Assembly (NCBI GenBank): GCA_045578865.1
Contig: JAZNLB010000025.1
Location: forward strand, 9,841 to 73,840
DNA: 64,000 bases
Origin: Clostridia bacterium
Lineage (GTDB): Bacteria > Bacillota > Clostridia > UBA1381 > UMGS1253
Reading direction: 5' to 3'
The stretch's first letter is position 1, and each line of letters starts with the position of its first letter. Made by a program: the position numbers and the translations under genes. The notes below the pieces were generated by a model. It searched no databases. It had not been told where the DNA came from and saw only the letters and a list, made by a program, of their open reading frames with translations. Below, piece after piece: positions 37,630 to 46,203 of the stretch.

Positions 37630-39018
37630 ATGCCGAATATGTCCCCGAAAAAGAACGAGATGCCGGCACAGGCACCGGATGTTCGCAATAAAAATTTCGA
37701 TGAGGTTGCTTTGGGTTACACGCTGCAACTTGCAGAGGATGAGGCAGAGCGCTGCCTGAATTGTAAGCACAAACCATGTGTAAACGGATGCCCTGTGCAA
37801 ATTGATATTCCGGGATTTATCTCTAAGATTAAAGAAAAGGATTTGGAGGGCGCTTATGAGGTGATTTCCAAGTCGAGTTCCTTGCCGGCGGTATGCGGCA
37901 GAGTTTGCCCGCAGGAATCGCAGTGCGAGAAAAATTGTGTGCGTGCCATCAAAGGTGAGCCTGTCGGTATTGGTCGCTTAGAGCGATTTGTAGCGGACTA
38001 TCACATGGCAAATAACTCAAAGGCGGCAGAAAAACCGAAGTCCAACGGACACAAGGTTGCTATCGTTGGCGCAGGTCCGGCAGGTCTGACATGTGCAGGT
38101 GATTTGGCAAAGAAAGGTTATGGCGTTACCGTATTTGAGGCTTTGCACATTGCAGGTGGTGTGTTGGTATATGGTATTCCGGAATTCCGTCTGCCAAAGG
38201 AAATCGTGCACAAGGAAATTGAGGGACTTAAAGCCCTTGGGGTCGAGGTGTGCACCGACATGGTTATTGGTAAAGTTTTATCGGTTGATGAACTGTTAGA
38301 GGACGGATATGAGGCTGTATTTATTGGCTCCGGAGCAGGACTTCCGCGCTTTATGAACATCCCGGGTGAAAACCTAAACGGCGTATATTCTGCCAATGAG
38401 TTTTTGACTCGCGTAAACTTAATGAAAGCCTATAAAGAAGGCAGCTCAACGCCGGTACAGAAGATTAAAAATGCTGCGATTGTCGGCGGTGGTAATGTAG
38501 CAATGGATGCTGCTCGCTGTGCAAAGCGTCTTGGGGCGGAAAATGTATACATTGTTTATCGTCGCTCGATGGATGAGATGCCGGCGCGCCGTGAGGAAGT
38601 AGAGCATGCTGAGGAAGAGGGTATTATCTTTAAAACGCTCAATAACCCGGTGGAAATTCTCGGCGATGAAAATAGTTTTGTAAATGGTATCAAGTGCGTT
38701 GAAATGGAACTTGGCGAACCGGACGAATCTGGCAGACGCTCTCCGGTAGTGAAAGAGGGCAGCGAGCATGTAATTGATGTTGACTGCGTAATTATGTCCA
38801 TCGGTACTTCGCCGAATCCGTTGATTCGCAATACGACCGAGGGCCTGGAGACCAATAAGCGTGGCTGTATCATTACGGAAGAAGAAACCGGTCTGACTTC
38901 GCGCGAAGGCGTGTATGCTGGTGGTGATGCAGTAACCGGCGCCGCAACCGTTATTCTTGCCATGGGGGCAGGTAAAAATGCTGCCAAGGCAATTGACGAG
39001 TATATTCAGAATAAATAA
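37630..39018 (+). CDS. nfnB: NADPH-dependent glutamate synthase small-chain homolog (GltD/NfnB-like)
   Basis: Two Fe-S Cys clusters are present (CLNCKHKPCVNGCP, CGRVCPQESQCEKNC), together with two Rossmann GxGxxG motifs (VGAGPAGL, VGGGNVAMD). Confidence 0.9.
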   Translation: MPNMSPKKNEMPAQAPDVRNKNFDEVALGYTLQLAEDEAERCLNCKHKPCVNGCPVQIDIPGFISKIKEKDLEGAYEVISKSSSLPAVCGRVCPQESQCEKNCVRAIKGEPVGIGRLERFVADYHMANNSKAAEKPKSNGHKVAIVGAGPAGLTCAGDLAKKGYGVTVFEALHIAGGVLVYGIPEFRLPKEIVHKEIEGLKALGVEVCTDMVIGKVLSVDELLEDGYEAVFIGSGAGLPRFMNIPGENLNGVYSANEFLTRVNLMKAYKEGSSTPVQKIKNAAIVGGGNVAMDAARCAKRLGAENVYIVYRRSMDEMPARREEVEHAEEEGIIFKTLNNPVEILGDENSFVNGIKCVEMELGEPDESGRRSPVVKEGSEHVIDVDCVIMSIGTSPNPLIRNTTEGLETNKRGCIITEEETGLTSREGVYAGGDAVTGAATVILAMGAGKNAAKAIDEYIQNK

Positions 39019-39022
39019 TGTG

Positions 39023-39061
39023 AAAGCGTTTATTTCCGTATAGGAGATAAACGCTTTTTTA
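39023..39061 (+). terminator. rho-independent terminator after nfnB
   Basis: The stem aagcgtttat / ataaacgctt is followed by a T-run. Confidence 0.85.
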
Positions 39062-39183
39062 TGTGACAATCAATTTAATTTTGCTTTATGCTTTTCGTGT
39101 TTAGCGTGCCAGTAGTTATACGAACCTCGTTTTTTACATCCTCTGTCGCGCTACCGGACGATTAAATCATTACATATAAAGCG

Positions 39184-39213
39184 AAAAGCACTTGCTATCG
39201 CAAGTGCTTTTCG
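39184..39213 (-). terminator. hairpin directly after the tRNA-Leu 3' end
   Basis: The stem is aaaagcacttgc / gcaagtgctttt. Confidence 0.7.
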
Positions 39214-39302
39214 TGGTGCTCGAGGCCGGGGTCGAACCGGCACGGGTATCACTACCCACGGGATTTTAAGTCCCGGGCGTCTGCCTATTCCGCCACTCGA
39301 GC
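39214..39302 (-). tRNA. tRNA-Leu (anticodon TAA), long variable arm, CCA encoded
   Basis: The reverse complement is GCTCGAGTGGCGGAATAGGCAGACGCCCGGGACTTAAAATCCCGTGGGTAGTGATACCCGTGCCGGTTCGACCCCGGCCTCGAGCACCA. The anticodon loop is CTTAAAA and the T-loop is GGTTCGAC. Confidence 0.92.
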
Positions 39303-39355
39303 AAAAATTATTACCCAATTATGATACCATGAATTTCTGTTTTCGTCAAGCAAAA

Positions 39356-40069
39356 TTATTGAATTTTCATTAAAAGTTCGATTTCTTTTTCGGTCAGCGC
39401 ACGGATTTGCCCTTCGGGCAAACTTGTATCCAGGCAGATACCGCCCATCGACAGTCGTTTTAAGGTGAGGACACGCTTGTTGACTGCTTCAAACATGCGC
39501 TTTACCTGATGGAATTTGCCCTCGAAAATTGTCAATTCTATCTGGCTGTGTTCGTCACTGTTTAAAATTAACAATTTGCCCGGCATACATATATAGCCAT
39601 CATCTAATACTATGCCTTCATCAAAGGCGGCAATGTCTGCTTCGGTGACTTTGCCACAAATATCAGCAATGTATGTCTTCTCGACATGGTGTTTGGGCGA
39701 AATCATGCGATGTGCGAGTTGACCGTCATTGGTTAAAATAAGCAAACCTGTGGTGTCGATATCGAGTCTGCCGACAGGAAACACATCAAAATGCTTGTAG
39801 GTGGCAGGGAGTAAGTCCAGCACAGTCGGCAGATGTTTATCAAAAGTTGCGCTGACTACCCCTGCCGGCTTATTGAGCATCAGATAGATATATTTTTGAT
39901 AATTGAGTGTTTTGTCGCCATAAGTTACTGTATCGACATGCTCATCAATATGCACAGATGCGTCTTTGCATATTTTGGCGTTTATGCTAATCATGCCGCT
40001 TTTTATAATTGCTTTAACTTCTTTTCTGGTTCCAATGCCACAATCACATAAATACTTATCTAAACGCAT
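39356..40069 (-). CDS. rsuA: RsuA/RluB-family rRNA pseudouridine synthase with N-terminal S4 domain
   Basis: MRLDKYL is an S4 start. The catalytic motif PVGRLDIDTTGLLILTNDG is present. Confidence 0.87.
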   Translation of the reverse strand: MRLDKYLCDCGIGTRKEVKAIIKSGMISINAKICKDASVHIDEHVDTVTYGDKTLNYQKYIYLMLNKPAGVVSATFDKHLPTVLDLLPATYKHFDVFPVGRLDIDTTGLLILTNDGQLAHRMISPKHHVEKTYIADICGKVTEADIAAFDEGIVLDDGYICMPGKLLILNSDEHSQIELTIFEGKFHQVKRMFEAVNKRVLTLKRLSMGGICLDTSLPEGQIRALTEKEIELLMKIQ

Positions 40070-40090
40070 TTTGATTAACCTCCTTTGCTG

Positions 40091-40120
40091 AAAATAAAAA
40101 GGGGAGAAAAACTCCCCTTA
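40091..40120 (-). terminator. rho-independent terminator after mscL
   Basis: The stem aaggggag / ctcccctt has a T-run on the minus strand. Confidence 0.75.
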
Positions 40121-40123
40121 CAA

Positions 40124-40540
40124 TCATACTTTTTCTTTCTCGTCTGCGAGTTTTTTCAAACTTACAGAGATTTCTTCGAGCAGCACCACTTCGTCACTCT
40201 TCTTTGGCGGCGCCGGCGGAGCCTCTTCTTTTTTACGATGCAAGCTACCGATGATGCGGATGAAGATGAAAATTGTCAGTGCAATAATTATAAAATTAAG
40301 CACATTTTGTAAAAACAAGCCATAGGACAATTGTGCAGCACCTTCTTCTTCTGAAAACTTGATTGCAAGTCCCGTTAAGTCAAATCCGCCGGTTAAAAGA
40401 CCGATAAGCGGCATGATAATATCGTCCACTAAAGACTTAACGATGGTTGTAAATGCGGCACCAATAATCATACCAACAGCCATGTCGAACACATTGCCTT
40501 TGAGCGCAAACGCCTTGAAATCTTCGATAAATTTTTTCAT
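40124..40540 (-). CDS. mscL: large-conductance mechanosensitive channel
   Basis: The product begins MKKFIEDFKAFALKGNVFDMAVGMIIGAAFTTIVKSLVDDIIMPLIG. Confidence 0.94.
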   Translation of the reverse strand: MKKFIEDFKAFALKGNVFDMAVGMIIGAAFTTIVKSLVDDIIMPLIGLLTGGFDLTGLAIKFSEEEGAAQLSYGLFLQNVLNFIIIALTIFIFIRIIGSLHRKKEEAPPAPPKKSDEVVLLEEISVSLKKLADEKEKV

Positions 40541-40702
40541 ATTTTCCCAACCTTTCTTTTGTTGCTGACTTTATTTTATCATAAAATGCAAAAAAAGCAA
40601 GCCTTTGATTTAATAAAAAGAAATTATTTGTATTCAGACAAGGAATTTTGGATTTTATACAGAATTTTAATATGAGATAAATTGCATTTACGGAGGCGTT
40701 TT

Positions 40703-41209
40703 ATGCGAAATACAATCTTACAGATTGGCGAAATTGTTAATACACATGGTTTGCGCGGTGAAGTGAAAATTGTACCATGGATGGATGCTCCGCAGGACTT
40801 TGAACGCTTAAAAACTGTGTATGCCGATATAGGCGGACAAAAGGTAACTTACAGCGTGGCTTCTGTGAAGTATCAGAAAGCAAATATTATTGTAAAGTTT
40901 CGTGAGGTGCCGGACATTGAGGCGGCGCAGAAACTTAAAAAAGTGATCCTGTATGTGGACCGCGAACAACTGGGCGAACCTGAAGAGGGATACTACATCT
41001 GTGATTTGTTAGGCATTACGGTGATTACCGACACAGATGAAATACTCGGCAAAATTACGGATGTGTTTTCCACCGGAAGTAATGATGTATATACTGTAAA
41101 AAGACCGGACGGCAGCGAAGTTCTTTTGCCGGTGATTGACGATTGCATTTTAAGTGTGGATATTGATGAACAAATCTGCAGAGTGCATCTGCTGGAGGGG
41201 TTGCTGTAA
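40703..41209 (+). CDS. rimM: 16S rRNA processing protein RimM
   Basis: GEIVNTHGLRGEVKI and a PRC barrel C-terminus are present. ACGGAGG RBS is present. The stop overlaps the trmD start. Confidence 0.9.
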   Translation: MRNTILQIGEIVNTHGLRGEVKIVPWMDAPQDFERLKTVYADIGGQKVTYSVASVKYQKANIIVKFREVPDIEAAQKLKKVILYVDREQLGEPEEGYYICDLLGITVITDTDEILGKITDVFSTGSNDVYTVKRPDGSEVLLPVIDDCILSVDIDEQICRVHLLEGLL

Positions 41210-41952
41210 TGCGTTTTGATGTTTTAACGCTATTTGACTCGATGCTTGAGGCGGTACTCGGTGACAGTATCATCGGCCGTGCAAGAGATAGTGGACTATT
41301 AGAACTGAATTTTATAAATATACGCGATTTTTCGACCAATAAACATAAAAAGGTGGATGATTATCCGTATGGTGGCGGTACGGGCATGTTGATGGCGCCG
41401 CAACCGATTTACGATGCCTATAAAAGTATTACAGACGGCCTTGATTATAAGCCGCTGACGATTTATTTGTCGCCGCAGGGGAAAACATTTACACAACAGA
41501 TGGCAATGGATTTGTCGCAAGAAAAGCACATTGTACTTTTGTGCGGGCATTATGAAGGCGTGGACCAGCGTGTGTTAGATGAGATTGCGGATATGGAGAT
41601 ATCGCTCGGTGATTTTGTGTTGACCGGCGGAGAAATTGCCGCAATGGCAGTGATTGATGCAACGGCGCGCCTGGTGGACGGTGTTTTGGCAGGCGAGGAA
41701 TCCTATACGGGAGAGTCTCACTACAATAGTCTTTTGGAATATCCGCAGTATACAAGACCTCCGGAATTTATGGGGCGCAAAGTTCCTGAAATTCTGCTTT
41801 CCGGACATCATGCCAATATTGAGGAATGGAAACGAAAAAAGAGTCTGGAAATTACCTACAAAAAGCGTCCTGAATTGCTTTCAAAAGCAAACTTGGGTAA
41901 AGAGGATATTGCATATCTGCGTGCATTAAAAAAAACAACGATTGAGGATTAA
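41209..41952 (+). CDS. trmD: tRNA (guanine37-N1)-methyltransferase
   Basis: MRFDVLTLF..., YPYGGGTGMLM, LLCGHYEGVDQRV and LTGGE are present. Confidence 0.96.
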   Translation: MRFDVLTLFDSMLEAVLGDSIIGRARDSGLLELNFINIRDFSTNKHKKVDDYPYGGGTGMLMAPQPIYDAYKSITDGLDYKPLTIYLSPQGKTFTQQMAMDLSQEKHIVLLCGHYEGVDQRVLDEIADMEISLGDFVLTGGEIAAMAVIDATARLVDGVLAGEESYTGESHYNSLLEYPQYTRPPEFMGRKVPEILLSGHHANIEEWKRKKSLEITYKKRPELLSKANLGKEDIAYLRALKKTTIED

Positions 41953-41976
41953 ATGTATTCGTTTTAGGAGAATACC

Positions 41977-42684
41977 ATGAAAAGACTTTTAGGCGGCATT
42001 CGTCGCGCAATGGAAGAATATACGATGGTGCAACCTGGGGATACGATTGCGGTCGGCGTGTCCGGCGGTAAAGATTCGCTGATGCTTTTGTATGCGCTGG
42101 CGCAAATTCGTGCTTTTTATCCTGTGCCGTTTCAAATCAAGGCAATCACGCTTGATTTAGGTTACGGACATGACTACAAGGAAATTGCCGATTTTTGCCG
42201 TGAAATAGATGTTGAGTTTATTGTTGAACGAACGCAGATTAGGGAAATTGTATTTGATATCCGCAAAGAGAAAAATCCGTGCGCGCTTTGTGCCAATCTG
42301 CGCCGCGGCGCGCTGCATAATGCGGCTGTTGCAAATGGTTGCAATCGTGTTGCGCTCGGACATCATTATGATGATGTGATAGAAACATTTATGCTTAGTT
42401 TGCTTTATGAGGGGCGTGTTTCGTGTTTTTCGCCTATAACTTATCTGGATAAATGCGGACTGTATATGATTCGCCCGCTTATCTATGTTGAGGAAGCGGA
42501 CATTCGCCGTCTGGCACATCGTTTGAATTTGCCGGTGTGGGAAAATCCGTGCGTTGCGGACGGTTACACCAAGAGGGCGGAGGTAAAAGAGAAGATTAAA
42601 CTCTTGTGTGCAAAAGACCGTGATATGAAAAAGAGACTATATACTGCAGTAAAAACGAGTGGTATTGATGGGTGGAAAATATAA
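41977..42684 (+). CDS. ttcA: PP-loop ATPase, tRNA 2-thiocytidine synthetase (TtcA)-like
   Basis: The SGGKDS PP-loop and CALCANLRRG are present. Confidence 0.8.
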   Translation: MKRLLGGIRRAMEEYTMVQPGDTIAVGVSGGKDSLMLLYALAQIRAFYPVPFQIKAITLDLGYGHDYKEIADFCREIDVEFIVERTQIREIVFDIRKEKNPCALCANLRRGALHNAAVANGCNRVALGHHYDDVIETFMLSLLYEGRVSCFSPITYLDKCGLYMIRPLIYVEEADIRRLAHRLNLPVWENPCVADGYTKRAEVKEKIKLLCAKDRDMKKRLYTAVKTSGIDGWKI

Positions 42685-42728
42685 AAAAGTGGGAGTAAAA
42701 AATACAGGTTTTTACTCCCACTTTTTTA
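42684..42728. terminator. bidirectional terminator after ttcA
   Basis: The stem gtgggagtaaaaa / tttttactcccac is flanked by A6 and T6. Confidence 0.88.
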
Positions 42729-42739
42729 TATGTCCATGG

Positions 42740-42791
42740 CATGAATTGAAATCAAGGATTTCATGAATTGAGTCAACGACTCGTGAATTGC
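42740..42791. repeat. three iteron-like direct repeats with core C(A/G)TGAATTG(A/C), period 22 and 20 bp
   Basis: The copies are CATGAATTGAAATCAAGGA (42740), CATGAATTGAGTCAACGA (42762) and CGTGAATTGC (42782). Confidence 0.75.
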
Positions 42792-42800
42792 ACTTCGTGC

Positions 42801-42809
42801 ATTATAGCA
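42801..42809 (-). promoter_or_regulatory. orphan extended -10 element (TGcTATAAT on the minus strand) just downstream of the exonuclease stop
   Basis: Read directly. The -35 is poor (TTCGAT). Confidence 0.35.
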
Positions 42810-42836
42810 GATTTGTATTCGGAATCGAAGGCTGTT

Positions 42837-43808
42837 TCATATATCAGCCTGCTGTGGCGCTGCTTTTTTCATTTTAGCTCTTGTGCGCCTGTATGCCTTT
42901 GCCTTTTCTTTCTTCATTTCACTCTTTTGTTTGATTTGCGCCAGCTGTTCCGGCGTGACTTTTTGCACGCTTCTGCGTAGACGAAGTCTACCGTCGCTTT
43001 GGCGGATGAATTTGATGCGCCCAAGAAAAGTACCGTGCGCTTTGCAAACTGCAAGCGTTACATATTTATCATTGTTGGAAAACCAATCTACACTCGGCAT
43101 GAGTGGTGTTTTGCATTGTGGGCAAAGCAAGGAAGTAACATCTTTGTTGGACAAAGCCTCGCCCTTTGTACGAAACGGACCAAGACCGCTGTCGTTTTCC
43201 TCGGCACACAAACCTGAAAAACTGCTGATGGAATCATAATTTTGCAAACCGGACGATATGTTCAGATGCAAGAAAATTTTTGCTGTGTAATACGCATCGT
43301 TGCAGGCATCGTGAAACGGTTTATCTGCTTCGCTTTCAATGCCAAAGTGCTCCATGGCAAAAGATAAGGAACGCTGGTTGGAGTTGCCGAACTCTTCTTT
43401 GCTGAAAATGAGTTGTAGGTTATACCACTTGGAAATCCAACTGTAATCTACATGATAAAACTCTAAATTCTGTTTCATCACATAGATATCATCGCGCCCC
43501 CATGAAAACAAAATCGCATCTGTGCCGCACCAGTCCCGAAACCGCGCAATGGCGACATCAAAACCGATGCCGCCTGTGATGATTTCCTGCTTCAAATGCG
43601 TAATTTTCATAACATTTGAATTTAGTTTCTTATAATATTTTGGTTTAATGACCGCTTTGAATGTGTCTGTTATTCGATTTTTTTCATCGACTTTTGCTGC
43701 GCCGATTTCAATAATCTCATTGGAAAAGCGGTCGCCGATTCTCAAATAGGGATAGCTGTTTTTGGAAACAGGCTGATTCCATTCGAGGTCTAGGATGATG
43801 TACTCCAT
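42837..43808 (-). CDS. DEDDh 3'-5' exonuclease (ERI-1/KapD-like) with a C-terminal Cys-containing and highly basic extension
   Basis: Exo I is ILDLEWN and Exo III is FHDACNDAYY. The C-terminus has CPQCKTP...CKAHG followed by a K/R-rich tail. The start is 14 nt after the recA stop. Confidence 0.75.
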   Translation of the reverse strand: MEYIILDLEWNQPVSKNSYPYLRIGDRFSNEIIEIGAAKVDEKNRITDTFKAVIKPKYYKKLNSNVMKITHLKQEIITGGIGFDVAIARFRDWCGTDAILFSWGRDDIYVMKQNLEFYHVDYSWISKWYNLQLIFSKEEFGNSNQRSLSFAMEHFGIESEADKPFHDACNDAYYTAKIFLHLNISSGLQNYDSISSFSGLCAEENDSGLGPFRTKGEALSNKDVTSLLCPQCKTPLMPSVDWFSNNDKYVTLAVCKAHGTFLGRIKFIRQSDGRLRLRRSVQKVTPEQLAQIKQKSEMKKEKAKAYRRTRAKMKKAAPQQADI

Positions 43809-43822
43809 CTATCCGGCTCCTA

Positions 43823-44881
43823 TCATTTTTTCTTTGGTGCTTTTTCCAACGCAACAATGGACTCGTCGTCAATACGCTTGATTTCTTTTAAGTCCAGACG
43901 CTCGCGGATTTGCGCTTCAACCATAGCGGTAAAGTCCGGGTTTGCAATCATATAGTCGCGTACATTGTCGCGCCCTTGACCAAGGCGTTCGTTATCATAT
44001 GCAAACCACGAACCGCTCTTCTGAATAATACCGAGCGCGGTTGCGACATCTAAAATATTGCCTTCTTTGGAAATGCCTGTGCCGTAGAGAATGTCGAACT
44101 CCGCTTCTTTAAACGGCGGCGCAACCTTATTTTTTACCACTTTTACACGCGTGCGGTTACCGATGATTTCCGTGCCATTTTTAATGGCTTCCACACGGCG
44201 GATATCTAAACGAACGGATGCGTAGAATTTTAAAGCACGACCGCCGGTCGTCGTTTCCGGGTTGCCGTAAATTACGCCAACCTTTTCACGAAGTTGGTTA
44301 ATAAAAATGGCAATTGTGTTGGATTTATTTAAAATGCCGGCAAGTTTACGCATTGCCTGGCTCATAAGTCTTGCATGCGAGCCGACAACGCTGTCGCCCA
44401 TCTCACCATCAATTTCAGCTTTTGGAACAAGCGCGGCAACGGAGTCAACAACAATAACATCAATTGCGCCGCTGCGTACCAGTGCTTCTGCAATTTCCAA
44501 AGCCTGCTCACCGGTATCCGGCTGAGCAACGATGAGGTTGTCCGTATCTACACCTAAATTTTTGGCATACTCCGGATCGAGGGCGTGCTCAGCATCAATG
44601 AACGCAACCTCTCCGCCGATTTTCTGCGCCTCTGCGATTACATGGAGCGTAAGTGTAGTTTTACCGGAGGATTCCGGTCCGTAAATTTCTACAATTCTGC
44701 CTCGGGGCAGGCCGCCTATACCGAGCGCAAGGTCCAGACTTAAAGAGCCGGTCGGTATGGCATCGATATTTAATTTTGCGTTGGCGCCGAGCTTCATGAT
44801 TGAGCCTTCGCCGTATTTCTTTTCAATGCCGGACATTGCGGCGTCTAATGCTTTTTTCTTTTCGTTCATTTGTTCAGACAT
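43823..44881 (-). CDS. recA: recombinase RecA
   Basis: [32 protein letters not shown], Walker [10 protein letters not shown] and VVVDSVAAL are present. The track ORF N-terminal extension lacks an RBS, so the ATG at 44881 after AGAGGGG was chosen. Confidence 0.97.
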   Translation of the reverse strand: MSEQMNEKKKALDAAMSGIEKKYGEGSIMKLGANAKLNIDAIPTGSLSLDLALGIGGLPRGRIVEIYGPESSGKTTLTLHVIAEAQKIGGEVAFIDAEHALDPEYAKNLGVDTDNLIVAQPDTGEQALEIAEALVRSGAIDVIVVDSVAALVPKAEIDGEMGDSVVGSHARLMSQAMRKLAGILNKSNTIAIFINQLREKVGVIYGNPETTTGGRALKFYASVRLDIRRVEAIKNGTEIIGNRTRVKVVKNKVAPPFKEAEFDILYGTGISKEGNILDVATALGIIQKSGSWFAYDNERLGQGRDNVRDYMIANPDFTAMVEAQIRERLDLKEIKRIDDESIVALEKAPKKK

Positions 44882-44896
44882 AGAACACACCCCTCT

Positions 44897-44911
44897 AACA
44901 AACATTTGTTC
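44897..44911 (-). promoter_or_regulatory. LexA (SOS/Cheo) box upstream of recA: AGAACAAATGTTTGT
   Basis: Compared with the Gram-positive consensus CGAACnnnnGTTCG there is one core mismatch (GTTT). It lies between the -10 and the RBS. Confidence 0.7.
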
Positions 44912-44918
44912 TGTTATT

Positions 44919-44947
44919 ATTATACCTACTGTGTCGAAAAATGTCAA
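44919..44947 (-). promoter_or_regulatory. consensus sigma-A promoter for recA (TTGACA-N17-TATAAT)
   Basis: Read directly on the minus strand as ttgaca tttttcgacacagtagg tataat. Confidence 0.8.
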
Positions 44948-44955
44948 TACTTTTT

Positions 44956-46191
44956 TTAAATTTCCGTCAGGTATTGATGTAAAATAAGGTAGGTGCGCAT
45001 GGCTGCGCGGTTTCGTATGCGTTCGCGGCTGCCGGTAAAGCGGCATTCGTGCACCTTGGTTTCTTTACCGTTACAAAGTCCGATGTAGACCAATCCGACG
45101 GGGTTGTTAAAATCATCGGTATCAGGACCTGCTACACCTGTTATGCTGACGGCTAAATCCGCACCGCTTCTGCGCGAAAGTCCCTCGGCCATCGCGGCGC
45201 AAACTTGCGTATTGACTGCGCCTTTTTCTTTAAGCAAACGGGCATCTACGCCCAATATTTTTGTTTTTGCTTCATTTGCATAGGTGACATAGCTTTCTGC
45301 TAAAACCGCAGAAGCGCCCGGCAAATCGGTCAGTCGAGAAGTCAAAAGACCGCCCGTGCAACTTTCTGCAAAGGAAATGTGCATATTATTCTCACGAAGC
45401 ATATTGAGAACACAGCTATAAATGGTGTCGTCATTTATACCATAGACAGCGTTGCCGAGAACGGAACGGATTTTTTCTTCAACAGGTTTGATAATTTGCT
45501 CGCCTTCGGTATCGTCTTTGCAACGCGCAGTAAGGCGGAGTGTTACCTCGTCCGTTTTGGCATAGGGCGCAATCGTCGGATTTGTACTGCTCTGCATGAG
45601 ATTGGAAAGCAGTTCTTCTACGCGCGATTCGCCGATGCCTGCGATGCGTAAGGTTTTTGAATATAAAATACTGTCTGTTCTTTTTAAAAGGTACGGCCGT
45701 ACACTTTCGGTATACATCTGTTTTAATTCGTGTGGTGGACCGGGAAGAAAAATGGCAATTTTTCCGTCTTTTTCAATAATACCTCCCGGGGCGGTGCCAC
45801 AGTTGTTATCGAGTACAATACAGCCTGAGGGTAAATAGGCCTGTTTTTCATTGATTTTTGCTATTTCACGCCCCATTTTATCAAAATAGGTGCGAATACG
45901 CTCAAGGGAGCGTTCATCTTTTATAAGATTTACACCCATGGCCTCGCAAACGGTCTCTTTCGTTAAATCGTCTGCGGTAGGGCCAAGACCGCCGGAGGTG
46001 ATGACCAAATCACTGCGCGAGAGCGCAAGCAACACGGCTTCCTTCAAGCGAGTCGGATTGTCGCCAACAACGCACTGATGGTAAACATTGATGCCCAGCT
46101 TTGCTAGTTCGCTTGCCAAAAATTGTGCATCTGTATTTAAAATTTCTCCAAGCAACAGTTCGGTGCCTACACAAAGTAGTTCTGCAACCAT
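44956..46191 (-). CDS. cinA: competence/damage-inducible protein CinA (MoCF-binding + nicotinamide-nucleotide amidase domains)
   Basis: [25 protein letters not shown] and C-terminal CinA motifs ESCTGG and GVAGP are present. The gene is upstream of recA, as in many Firmicutes. Confidence 0.92.
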   Translation of the reverse strand: MVAELLCVGTELLLGEILNTDAQFLASELAKLGINVYHQCVVGDNPTRLKEAVLLALSRSDLVITSGGLGPTADDLTKETVCEAMGVNLIKDERSLERIRTYFDKMGREIAKINEKQAYLPSGCIVLDNNCGTAPGGIIEKDGKIAIFLPGPPHELKQMYTESVRPYLLKRTDSILYSKTLRIAGIGESRVEELLSNLMQSSTNPTIAPYAKTDEVTLRLTARCKDDTEGEQIIKPVEEKIRSVLGNAVYGINDDTIYSCVLNMLRENNMHISFAESCTGGLLTSRLTDLPGASAVLAESYVTYANEAKTKILGVDARLLKEKGAVNTQVCAAMAEGLSRRSGADLAVSITGVAGPDTDDFNNPVGLVYIGLCNGKETKVHECRFTGSRERIRNRAAMRTYLILHQYLTEI

Positions 46192-46203
46192 TTGTATTTC
46201 TCC

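Noticed and set aside
39062-39183. About 120 bp of unassigned sequence between the nfnB terminator and the tRNA-Leu terminator, including a GGTTCGTAT string reminiscent of a T-loop.
   Set aside because: No cloverleaf or stable stem could be built around the T-loop-like string. There is no ORF with an RBS on either strand and no repeats. It is most simply spacer DNA or a degraded relic.
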